Source: Gnetum montanum (lineage: Eukaryota; Plantae; Gnetophyta). Taken from it: a DNA stretch of 56,616 bases. Below are positions 24,666 through 36,900 of the stretch, piece after piece (the first letter of the stretch is position 1; each line of letters starts with the position of its first letter). The notes under the pieces are model-generated. The model searched no databases, was not told the DNA's origin, and saw only the letters and a list, made by a program, of their open reading frames with translations. Location: NCBI GenBank assembly GCA_015680685.1, contig MNCI01000474.1, forward strand, positions 139,483-196,098, read 5' to 3'. Made by a program: the position numbers and the translations under genes.

Positions 24666-27600
24666 TTAGGTGTAGTACGACTTTAGGTACGAGTGGTTAA
24701 TAGGATTGGCAAAGTCATTGGCATCTAAATCAGTAAGCTTGAAGGCTTCATTATTGTACACCTTAGTGACTAAGAAAGGCCCTTCCCAGTTGGTTGAGAA
24801 TTTGTTCGTGGGCTCGTGGATGACCTTGAGGACCAGGTACCCTTTCTTGATTAAGTGCTGATGTTGATTGTGATGGTGCTTTTGCCATTGCTTCTTTTGG
24901 TACCACTCAATGCAATCAACTGTTTGCATGTGCTCCTTCTCTATAGAGTCGAGGTCAATGATCCTCAACTCGTTATTTTGAGCCGTATCAATGAAGGTCG
25001 AAAGGATCATGTGGAGTGATGGGACTTGTAATTCAAGAGGAAACATTACTTTAGATCCATACACAAGAGTATATGATGTTTTACCTATTGCGGTTCTGCA
25101 TGTCATGCAATAGGCCCATAGTGCATAGACTAGTTGTTCATGCCATCTTTGCTTACTATTGTTAAGCATCCTTCTTAGAAGGTTGATGATGACCTTGTTT
25201 GTAGCCTCTGCTTGACCGTTTGCCTATGCGTAGTATGGTGACTAGAAGGAATGTTTGATGCCAAAGGCTTTGGTTTCTGCACTGCTAAATTGTGGCTTGT
25301 TGTTTGTGACTATAGTCATGGGGAGACCAAATCTGGTCACTATGTTGTGAAGAATGAATTTGCAAACTTGTTGCAATGTTGTCTTCCTAAGGGGAATGGC
25401 TTTGACCCACTTTGTGAAATACTTAGTTGTAGTAATGATGAAGCTATGTCCTGTGGAAGACTTTGTTGGAATGGCCACATGATCTGTGTAATATGCAGTT
25501 TAGTGGGTGGCACATGCATTAGGTTCACATGTTGCTAACACACATCACATGTCCTAACCTTGGAGATGCAATCGTGCTCCATGTAAGGCTAGTAATAGCC
25601 TAGATGTCTGATTTTTGCCACCATTGCCCTAGGAGCTATATGACCCCCACATAGGCCTTCATGGACTTGGTTAATGATCTTTTGTGCTTCATTGCCACTA
25701 ATGCAAGTTAATAGTATTCTGTCATAGGATTTGTGACATAAGGTATTATCACCTACAAGGACATACTATGGTGATCGTTTTCATACTACATCCTTTTGGG
25801 CAGATGTTAGTTTTTGTGGGGCTCTCCTTGTTGGAGATATGGCTTAATATCATCATACTACTCTTGGTCAATACTTATGGATGTGATGCTTATTGTGTGA
25901 ATTATAGGTTCAGTGTAATCCAATATTGAAGCAGGTAAAGTGGAAAACATGTTAAGGCTAAAGTAGCTAGTGTGTCAACTATGGCATTTTCATTGCAGGG
26001 TATATGTTGAACATCTATGGTTACAAATTATTCAAGCAAGTGTTTTTTTCAAATCACAGTAAGGTTGTAGATGTTATGCCTTACAAGCGTAAACCTCTAT
26101 GACTTGGTTAATAACTAGCTACGAATTGCCTAGAATTGCTATGTTTTGAATTCCCCACTCTTGAGCTACTAAGATGCCTCTAAGGAGACCTTTGTACTCT
26201 GCCACATTATTTGTACAAGGAAATGCAATGTGGTATGTGAAGGGTCAGAGCTACATGGCAGCGGTAGTACCATATTATGTGGTGAAGGCACCGTCAAAGT
26301 GTAAAATGGCCTCAATATTTGTAGGTACTTGGCTTATATTATTGACATGTTCATTCCAGAATTTTAGATTTATTGTTTCTTGATCATGTATGGTTGAAGC
26401 CATGAGTTGTGTAGCTATTGCTTGACCTTTTATGGATGCTTGTGCTATATAGTGTAGGTTAAAATCCATGGTTATTGCCTTCCACCTTGTTATTCTACTA
26501 CTTTTATATATGTTTGTTGTAATAGCCCTAAGTACGTTGCTCTTGCAGATGACATTGACTTGATTGCAAAAAAGGTAGTGTCTCCACTTTTTAAGCACAC
26601 ACACGAAGGCAAGACAGTTTTTCTCCACATCATTATATTTCGCCTCATGTGCTACTAATGCATGGCTTAAGTAGTGACCAGGGACCTCGGAGCCATTGTC
26701 TCACTTTTGGAAAAGCAAGAAAGAAATGGATATGTCTGAGGTTGCAAGGTAAATGTAGAAAGGTTTATCTCTTTACAGAGGATAGACTATTGGAAGTTGA
26801 GCCAGCTCCTTTTTTAGGTTGTTAAATGCCTCTTGGCATTGATCTGTCTACTCAAAGTTGATCCCCTTTTTGAGTAGATGTTGCATTGGCTACAACTTAT
26901 TAGTCAACCTTGTGATAAACCTACATATGAATTGTATCCTACCTTGTAACTCATGTAACTTCTTAAGGTTTGCTGGTGGTGCCAAGTTGGTGATAGCCTT
27001 AACCTTGTTAGGGTCTACACGTATTCCCGCTTCTGATACCACAAAGCCTAACATGTGATCAATTTGGATGACAAAGACATAATTTTTGGGATTAAGCCTA
27101 AGGTCATATCTAAGGAAACATTTGAGGACACTATTCAAGTCATCTGCATGGTCACGAGCCACTTTGGACTTAACTGCTATGTTGTCAACGTAGTCATTGA
27201 GCAAGTCTAATAGATAGTCACTAAAGATGTATGTCATTGCACGTTGATATGTTGTTCCTAAGTTATTTAGTCCAAAGGGCATCATTATATAACAAAATGT
27301 GCTTTAGGGGGTCATGAAAGTAGTGCTAAGTTAGTGCTCTAGGTTGATGCGAATTTGGTTGTACCTCGAGAACCCATGCATGAATGACAACAAGGCATGA
27401 GCGGTTGTAGCATTGATGAGTTGGTCAATACTAGGCAATGGGAAATCATCTTTAATGGTTGCCTTCTTTAGGTCTTGGAAGCCTATGCAAATGTGCATAC
27501 GTCCATTTTTCTTGGGAACAACTACGATGTTCAAAACCCAGTTAGCATAGTTAATTGCCTGGATAAAACCAACTTTGAAAAGCTTAGTGATCTCATTGTA

Positions 27601-28055
27601 GACGGCCAATGTGACCTCAGGCTTTACTTTACAAGCCTTTTGTTTAACTGGTTTAACACGTGGATCTAGGATAATGTTATACTATATTATATGTGGGTAC
27701 AAGCCTGGTATGTCCTTGTAGGACCATGCGAACACCTTGACATTGTCACTAAGGACTTTAGAGATGCTTTGTTGGATTTAAGGCTCTAACAAGGAACTAA
27801 GTTTCAATGTTTTTTCCTCACCTTTACATGTTGTTACAGGACTTCTATGAGGGGATCCTCAGTTACATTGTCTGCTTCTAAGTCTAGAGCTCGGACTAGA
27901 TGTTTTGGCCAATTTGGCGATGTCTCTAGGGATGCTATGTTGGTGTCATAGGTAAGTAGTTTGAAGTCCAAAAGTTTTGTGTTTATGTATCTCATGAGTT
28001 TGCCATGAGGTTCTGTCAAGACTAAAGGAAAATGAAGACTCTTGTGTACGTTCAT
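24666..28055 (-). pseudogene. pol: Degenerate pol: RT - RNase H - archaeal-type RNase H (aRH) - integrase
   Basis: RT: KDDFPLPSIDQL, MPFGLNN, DYVDN (decayed YVDD), about 26800-27830. RH: EKNCLAFV...WRHYL, about 26450-26800. aRH: LHFDGA...TNNVAEY...GNS.LVINQV, about 25950-26310. INT: HEGLCGGH...CDVC, YFTKWVKA, NGQAEATN, WEGPF, about 24666-25700. Confidence 0.95.
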
Positions 28056-28551
28056 TTTTCAAGAGATCCTACAAAATAACCAGAAAAATGTCAAGCGGCA
28101 TCTATTTTAATAAAGTGAAATGCATAGAATAAGGAAGGCAATGATATGAAAACTTGATTAACTGTGTAGTATGTAAAACAATTTTTCTATGTATATATCT
28201 ATTTAATAATAATATTATTATTTTTGTTCTATTCTATAGCCTCAATTGGTAATAAAATTGCCAGTTTAAGGTTGTAGCAAACCATAGACTATGCATGGGG
28301 TGTAAGTCTAAGCAAAGCTTGAAAGGTTTGAATGGGGACCAAGTTGAACATTTATCGGGCAAGTAGAAAAAATATAAAAAATTTTCTAAGTGTAGGAAGC
28401 TGAAGAAAGTTAGAAAATTTTTCTAACTCTAAATGTTATGCTGAGCAGAACATGGGATGGTCTGCGTTATGTGCAGGACATGGAGCATCCCATATTACGC
28501 ACGAGACACAGGACGTCCTGAGAGGATGATGTGTCATTTGACCCTGAAGGG

Positions 28552-28558
28552 TATAAAT
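28552..28558 (+). promoter_or_regulatory. TATA box of the internal antisense gene (T1)
   Basis: gTATAAATag followed by a block conserved with the reverse complement of 51650-51702 (ggtaaac.t.tcattttca..gttaga.c). Confidence 0.65.
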
Positions 28559-31500
28559 AGAGATTTCACCCATGGTAAACCTATCATTTTCACCGTTAGA
28601 TCCAACAATAATTTGAGCATAGCATAGCCAAGGTAGAGTGTAGTAGCCACAAAAGGAAGCTAGAACGTGACAACAGGAAGGCCAGAGCATAGCAGTTGAG
28701 GATGACACGTAGGAGCGAACATAGACACCCTCGCCTCACCAACGTTTAAAAAGGAGAGTGCACCTTGTGGCATCTTCCTAGGGCACATGTTGAGGAATGC
28801 CATGAGACACCATCTACCAGGTAGGTCATCATGCTCCACTCGTGATTTTTGTTCCTTCTTGCTTCCTACACATTTTTGGGCCTTTTGGGTTTTGGGTGTC
28901 TAGACGGTGGCCTACCATGGCCAGGGGCCATCGCCGCTGTTGCGGCCACTACGCTGTGGCTAGGGAGGGAGTGCACACTATGCATTTCATTTCTTTTTTT
29001 CTCTTTTACCCAATTTCTTATTTTGACATTGAGGACTTGTGGGAATCTTGCACCACGGTGTTAGGCAAGGTTTTTGGCAAGGGTTTCTATGCGTCTAGCA
29101 TTATGGGATGGAATGAGGTTTTTTGTAATGTCCCGTGCCATGGGACGAAACAGGGGTTTTACATATACCATGAACGTAGTGCATCCTAATGGTTTCAACA
29201 CTCTGTGTCCCACATCATGGAACAAGGGTTTCTTGCATGTCCTACACTACAGGATGGGACAAGGTTTTTTGCGATGTCCCATGCCACATGATAGGATAGG
29301 GGGTTTCACAAGCATCCCATGGCATGGCATGGGACAAAGGTTTTTTGGTGTCCTTTGTCATGAGACAAAAGTTAGCCATGGCAGTCAAGGATCATGTTCG
29401 TCAAGCTCTATGTGTCCCTAAGAGCGTGACAAAAAGTAAAATATCGGCATTGCTCTATTCACTTAGAAAATGTTTTGTAAGTTTTGTAGTTGTCACACTT
29501 CGTGGGAGTGTGACAAATACTTGGAAACGTTTTTGCAACTTTTTACTAGTAACTCTATAGTTGTCATGCTCCCTGGGAGCATGACCAACACTTTGAAAAA
29601 ATTCTGGTTGGGGAGTGTCACACTTTGTTTGGAGCATGACCAGCCATTAGAAAATTTTTGAGTTTGCAACCATCATGCTTAGTAGAGAGTGTGATTAACA
29701 GTTAGAAGTTTGTTTTGATATTTTCTTTAATATTGTGACATTTGAAAAAAGTGTAAGTGTTAGTGCTGTGCCCCACTTGGAACCAGGCATGTTAGATGGT
29801 GGTGCCAATGTCCCTTCCCTATGGGGCTTGGGAAAAGTTAACTATGTTGCATGTGATGAATTTTATTTTCCTTTTATGTTATTTTATGCATCATTTGTCT
29901 ATTACTTTTTGTTGTTTTTGTTACCTTTTTGTAGGATCCTGTTGAAAACTACTCTTATCGTGGTCGAACTGGTGGGGATCCTGTGTTGTATGAGTGATCC
30001 CGTGCCAAATGTCCCTACACCACATGCATGCATAGGATACTAGGTGGTTTGGTTTTGGGAGGGTATACAAGAATTTTTAAAATTGTGACTCTGGCACTTT
30101 AGTGTGATCATATGGTTGTACTTATCAATTGAAGTAGCAAGTGTCCTGGTCAAGACATTGTTGCTTGGGGTAAATTGAGGCATTTTTGAAATTCATGTTA
30201 GATGAACCTACTAAAGGTGAAGGGGTAGGGAGCTTGAGCCAGTGCTTGAAAGGCCTTAGGATATTATCTTGGATCTGGAAGATGCTCGAGTTCTAATGCT
30301 ACCATAAGTACAACATTGCATTCCTTGCTTGTCATGTGCACAAGGCCTTTTAGAACCCACCTGGGATGGTTTACTGTGTTGGAGGATGAGCCCTATTATG
30401 ATTTTTTTACTACCTATTATCTCATGACTTAGGATGCTTACTACCTTTTTGCCTATTGCTAGATTTTCTGTTGATGCAAACAACCTCCATGATGGAGAGG
30501 GGATATTAGCCCTAGTCCAAATAGCTCCACAAGAGTTCTCATCTGCTAAGAACATGTGTGCTAGCGTTATAGGGAAAATTGGGGCATATATGATGAATTA
30601 CCCTACTAGATACTCCAAATCCTATGTGAAGTGCCAGGATCTTGGTTGGTTGGATGTTGAGTGGGCATCCTGAATACAAAGTGTAGAAGAGGTTTTAATC
30701 CCACTATTGCCGTTTCCCATACCATTTGTGCTGTGTAAGTTATATCACCTGTTTATTTTCATGAACTTTTGATTTTTACATTTTATCATGTTACTGATTC
30801 TACCTTTGTTTACTACAGCTATAGCCAAGTCTAAGGAGGTCACCATGGTTGTCTCAGGATGCATTGATGCCAATCTTCTTTTCAAGTACGACAAGTTTGA
30901 TGTTTTTCAGCACGGTTGTGGGATGAGGCCCTAGCAAGGGTAACCCAAAATCTTCAATAGGTTGGGCTCATGGACCTATTCTTGGCCGTGAACCTAAACA
31001 TTCCAATAGCAAAGATGATTGCCCTAGTTGACTCTTCCATCGAGAGTGCTAATCATTTCCACATGCAAGTTCACAATGTGTGGGTGGTCTTTGAGATCAC
31101 AAATAACATCCTTTTGGATCACTTTGGCATCCCCTCTAAAGGTCTACTAGTAGGTGAGAAAACCAATAAGGAGCTAAACCATAGAGGGGACATTGAAGAG
31201 TGGTTGGGCATTGACAAAGGTTGCAAGGGTATATCGATGAAGCAAGTAAAACTATTGGTGGCCCAACACCTCTATCCTATCTTTCGCACTTGTGCATTTT
31301 CTAAGCTACTTTCTAAAGGAAAGGTCCTTGTGGTAGATCAAGCTTGGGTTATGAGTGATGTGATAAAGGAAGGAACACAATATAATTGGGCCAAATACCT
31401 TGCCGATGGCCTACGAGCTAAAATTATCAAACTGTGTGGCAACCTCGAGGCATGCTCTCATGTACATTTTGCATTCTTAATAGCATGCCTACAAAGGTTT

Positions 31501-33489
31501 GCACAATTCTTAGTGGTTAGTGAGAATGGGCTATGGATGGTGCAAGATCACACCTAGATATCCAAGCCATGGATCTACCATTTGTTTCGTATGACATAGT
31601 CACAGGATCCCCCAGAGGCTATCGGTGAGTCCTTTTTAGTGACCACCAAGGGCCACCCAGGGCCATCTTACCATGTGCATGACAGTGCTAGGGAGGCTCC
31701 TCCTACAAACATAGGTAATGTGGTAAGGGGGGGGGGGTCATAACTTATCACTAAGATAGTGAAGTTAAAAATATAGATCAAGAAGCCTCACCTCTCAGAG
31801 GATCTCATGCATGAGATTGAGGAAAGGGGCAAGAACCTACGCTTTAGACTTAACAATGCATGATCAAAGTTAGCTAGTAAGTATACATTATTTAGTATAT
31901 TTCCTTTTTACATATAATTATTATTACATATTTTTTTCTTTTTTTTAAATGTTCTAACTTAGATTTGTGCAACATAGGCAAGAAGGCCTTTACTGTAGAA
32001 GAGGAGCCCTTAGAGGATGATGTCCCTCAACTCAAGGAACACATGGCAGATGAAGACGCCATCAAAGTTTTGAGGTAGCTCAAAGAGGAGGGGCTAAAAT
32101 TTGAGGATAGTGAGTTTGATCACTTATATGAAGGTGTGGAAATGGGCGATCCCCCCACTCTCACCCCCAAGGGTTTGCTGGGTAGGAGCTTTGCACCACC
32201 ATCTTCATTATGCTATTCCTCTCCCTCTCCTCTCTTCTTCTACTTCTTCTACTACTTCTTCTTTTGAAATCATTTTTATGCTTTATTTTGATGACCCTAA
32301 AATGCCTTGCATTACAGTGAGCAATGCTTTTGATGAGTGTCCCGAATCTACATCCACTTTCTGCTCATGACCGTGGGTGGAAACTCCACAGAAGTTTGCC
32401 TTCATGCAAGGCATAGTGGATGACATGATCGATTGCCTTAAATAGATAGATCCTGAAATAGGTATGTTTATCATTTTTTTATCTTATGACTAATGTTTCC
32501 TGTTTTGGTATAATAGGCTCATGACTCAAGTGGAACCTAAGAAGAGTAGTCCAAGTTGATGCTGTACCTAAGTTCCCTCCTGAGGTAGAATAGATGTCTC
32601 GTTGTGTATACGATGAGATAAGCAAGTGTGCACTAAACTTTGCATGATCATTGTGGGAGTGTAGGCATGTGAATGAGGAGCTTTGGAAACAAGTGCAAGA
32701 GCTCTAGGAATAGAAGGTAAACTAGGCGGTACAACTAGAAGATTTGCGGTTGTGGTACAACTTCTTGGTGGCCCATAATAAATCATATGGTAGCTGGCAT
32801 ATGGGTGTGATTGACTATGCTAGGTATTGGTTGGCCGTCAAGGGCAAGAATGAGACTACTTTTGAGGTAATTAAGTAGCACTTGCAGATGGATGTCTTGG
32901 CTCAGAAGAACCAAGATTGGAAGGACTACAGTGCTAAAGTATATGAATGGAGATAGACTTAAAAAAACCATAAGTATCATTACAAGATGGAATGTGCAGC
33001 CTATCATTAGAAGTATAGGGATGAGTCTATGGAGCACTGATGTCGTGACATATTCCTTAATGCCATCGGTGTGATGTAGGCCTATGAAATATTCACGAAC
33101 TATCTAGTGGTTAGTGAGTCCCCGGAGAGAGAGATTACTGTTCCTTATAGAGAGGTCACATCTACTAGATTTTCTCTAGGGCCATCCATATGGATAGCCA
33201 TGGAGAAAGGGAAGACCCTCACAGGTGTTGATTTGGGAGAGGAGGATTGGACACACATGTCAGAGGAGGATATCCTCTAACGCATAGAGGTTGGCCTTAA
33301 CAGGATGCCCCCAGATATGGATGTGGATCCATCTCAGGTTAGTTTAGCTTATCTTATCCTTGTTGAAATAATTTTGCATGTTATCCCATTTATTAACTAG
33401 TTTATTATTTCATTTTTTTTGCGCAAGATCCAGGTGAAGGCATAGGACCCAATGGAGTAGCAGATAAAGATGGAGGGGAAGAGCCTTAG
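28552..33489 (+). pseudogene. Degenerate antisense multi-exon gene nested between PR and RT of T1; transposon-protein-like domain plus coiled coil
   Basis: Coding fragments (29935-30734, 30819-31876 including ORF 30970..31557, 32517-33337) homologous to 46910-50592 on the minus strand; GT..AG introns at about 28821-29934, 30735-30818, 31877-31977, about 32182-32317, 32462-32516 and 33338-33427. Confidence 0.75.
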
Positions 33490-33699
33490 CTTTCCATCAT
33501 TAATACAAATTAAAAAATTTGAGATGTGGCCTTGTTATTGGACAATTTTGTATCTTTTAATGTGGATGTAATCTTAGACTATGTATTTTGTTTATGATTT
33601 AATGAAAAGCACGATATTTATTTATCTCTAGCGGTATCATTTTAACTTGTAGTTTAGTTGATCCCACTTTGGATTTTTGTTGATGTAATTAGGCCCCTT

Positions 33700-33895
33700 G
33701 TGGGCCCCATGTGATAGTTTAAGGCCATTTTGGGTCATCTCTAATTTAAGGCCATTTCAGGCCATCGTGTAGAAGGAAGTCGATTGCCAATTTTAGGCCC
33801 CTTGCTGGCCATGCGATAGTTTAAGGCCATTTCGGGCCATTACTAGTTTAAGGCCATTTCAGGTCATGTTGTAGTTTAAGGCCATTTGGGGCCCC
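33700..33895. repeat. Short tandem repeat tagtttaaggccatttc(a/g)ggccat downstream of PR in T1
   Basis: About 5 copies; homologous array at 46575-46730 in T2. Confidence 0.85.
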
Positions 33896-33999
33896 ATTTT
33901 TTATAATTTTTTTATTTTTTATTTTTCTTTTTTGCAGCTAAAGAAAATTTTTACTAATGCAAGAAGAAAACATAATGCAAACTGAAACTATACAGGCAA

Positions 34000-36900
34000 A
34001 AGGGACTGAAGACAAGTTAGACGGGCAAGCAAGTTCGGGACATGCCCTAATCACGTAGATGTTTCTTAACCTAATGTGGGTTAGGTGGTGCATAAGGCCT
34101 AGAAGGCACTAGGTGGTACTCCCCTAGGCTGTCATCTACCACAAAAAGGGCAATTTTGCCCATAGAGCTTCCTCATGGGGGTCACTCATTTTGCTTGGTT
34201 CATCGGCCGAACAACATTGACTTTCATTGTAAACATGTTGTGTCTCTTCGGAGATTTCTACCTCCAACTCTTGCTTAGTGTCTACATTGTTGATGGTCTG
34301 AGGGGCTATGTTGTCACCAAAGATTACCACTTCCCCACCCTCGTAAAGTAAGTGGATCTCTTGGTGGATTGGTGAAGAAACAACCCTTAGTTGGGTTAAT
34401 CAAGATCTCCCTAAGATTAGGTTGAATCTGGGCATCTCTTCAACCATGATGAACTCTACGTTAGTGGGGAATTGCTTCCCTATTACAAAATTAATCATGA
34501 CTACTCCCTTGACAACCATGCATGCTCCATTGAAGAATTTTAAATTGGCTGTTGTTATTGGCTTGATTTGATCCACTAGGCCAAGCTTATCGATGATGGG
34601 GAATGGGATAACGTTGGTTGCTACCCCTTTATCTATGTGCACCTTGCAAATTTTTTACTAGGCCACACAAATTATTATGAACATGGATGCAATGGTTACT
34701 TGACCCTTCTCAAGGTTAGCTTTGATTGCTTCATTGCAAAAGGTTAGGAGTGTTGACCTTGGTTCTTCGGTTGCAGGTGGGAGCATTACAGCATGGATAG
34801 CCTTTTCCTTTGTTGGCATGTCTTCCTTAATGGAAATATATGCCAACATGTGAAACAAAGGCTCAAAGTTGTATTCTTTTGTTTTAGAGCCTGCTTGGCT
34901 TGTGTGAGTGCATCTAGAAAATATTTTCCACCATCATGTTATTTGGTGGTTTTTATCTCTTCCATGCATCCTAAGAGATGAATTTCCTGAGGAGGAGGAG
35001 ACTTGGCTTTTGGTTGGATAGTGGGCCTTTGAGCCTTGGTGGTTGCTTGTTGAGTGTGCATGTCTACGTTGGTGGCCTTAGATGATGGGATCATGGGAAT
35101 GGATAACAAGGAGGTAGGCTTAGGGAGACCTAGCTCGGTGTGTTCTCTAGCCATCTTGTCACCCAAATGCTCATCATGTCTCTTCGGGTAGGTAGGTTGT
35201 GATGTAGTCCCCTCCATGGGACCCTAGGTAGATGGAGGGGCTGCACATTTTGGCACCCTTATGACAAAAGGTTTCTAGGTTGTTGCCGCAATGTGTTGTG
35301 GTGCCCTGACCATGAAGGGTGTCACAAGCGCCCGAGGTGATGCTTTGATGATGAAGGGGGCCTGTGGCCTACTTGACGCTAAGGCTTCAACATCGTCAGA
35401 GGACACACGGACCACAAATGGTCCATGGGTTGGCTTTGCATCATCATCAATGTTGATAGCATTAATGATATATCCTGCACTCATAGCGTTTAATGGATCC
35501 TTATAGACTTTCATGGATTAGTTCTGTAGCTGGATAGGAGTACTTTCGTCAAGGACTAGTTTTCCTTGATTAATCATGTGTTGAATATCATCCTTTAGCG
35601 CTAGGCAGTAATTCGTGTCATGGCTATGCAACTGATGGTAGTTGTAGAACTGGTCCAGTCTAAAATTTTTAGGTACTGAAGGCTCATTGGGCATAGCCAC
35701 AGAAGGGTTTTGGAGGACCTTGCAGTACCTCTCATGGCATTTGTGAGCATCCTTCGACATTTTCTTGTGTTGAATGCACCCAAAACTAAGTAGTTGATCC
35801 AAAAGCTTGGATGGCTTGATTGGAAAAGGGGTGTATTTTGAGTGATCCTTGTGCTCAAAGTTTGGCCCTGGGGGAGCTTGCCCCGTAGCCGTTGATGATG
35901 TGGGTTGGTTGGTTCCTGCATTGCTAGAACCTGATGTTTTGTAGCTATTAGCCAAGGCCTTAGGCGCCTTTGCTACTTGTTTTTTGTTGTTGGGCTTGGC
36001 TTCATCGGCCACAACCGCCATGATGGTTATTGTGGCTTTCCCCTTTTCCTTGTCTCTCCTTGCATGTGCATTCTTGTAGGCTAGGTAAGCTCGGCCCTTG
36101 TTGGCCTTCACTGCATTCTGTATGCTCTTTGTTTGAGCAAAAGATTGGTTAAGGGAACATGGGGCTAAATAGTATAGCTCTGACTTAATGAAATAATTTA
36201 TTGCATCCTTAAAAATGGTCAACAGGTGGGTTTTAGTGATTGGCTCTTGAATCTCATTTAGGGAGGTGTTCCAATGTTGTATGAATTTTTGCACTGGCTT
36301 TAGTGCTTCTTGCTTAACATTCATGAGTTGGTCCAGCATGGCTTTTGGATTCAAGTTGCACTTGAAGTGGGTTATGAATTGGCTCAGCAACTCCTCTAGA
36401 GTTGAAATGGATACTTGAGGAAGTGTGTGATACCAATCGAAAGCTTTTCTAGTCAAAGACATGGCAAAGACATAGGTAATTACATGTGGCCACGCTTGTA
36501 GTTATAAGGATTCGAAATGAAAAGTTACTAAGTGAGCATTTGGATCACCCTCATCATTGTATTTCATGAACTAGGGAAGTTGGATCCTAGGAGGCAGTGT
36601 TAGTAGAGGGACTACAAGGTTAATGGGATTGTCCTGATAGAAATCCATTACATGGACTATCTCCAAGTTGGTTACTTTAAGTCACCTGACCTCTTCTATT
36701 AGAGTTTTAATAAGTTGAAACGCTTGGTCTAGACTCGAAGATGTTGCAAAGGGTTGCATCGACTGTGCCCTTGGTGGTGTTGTCAAAGTGGCCCACAGCC
36801 CTGTAGTAGGTTATGCCACCACATGTGACGCTTGGTACGTTTGTTGCTGCATGTAGTGCGGCATATGGGACAATTGAATAGGGGGTAAAGATGTTGTTGC

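Noticed and set aside
28552-33489. Antisense gene interpreted as an independent nested transposon or a one-off captured host gene
   Set aside because: No terminal repeats or TSD seen, and it occupies the same position and relative orientation in two diverged elements, so it is part of the family structure.
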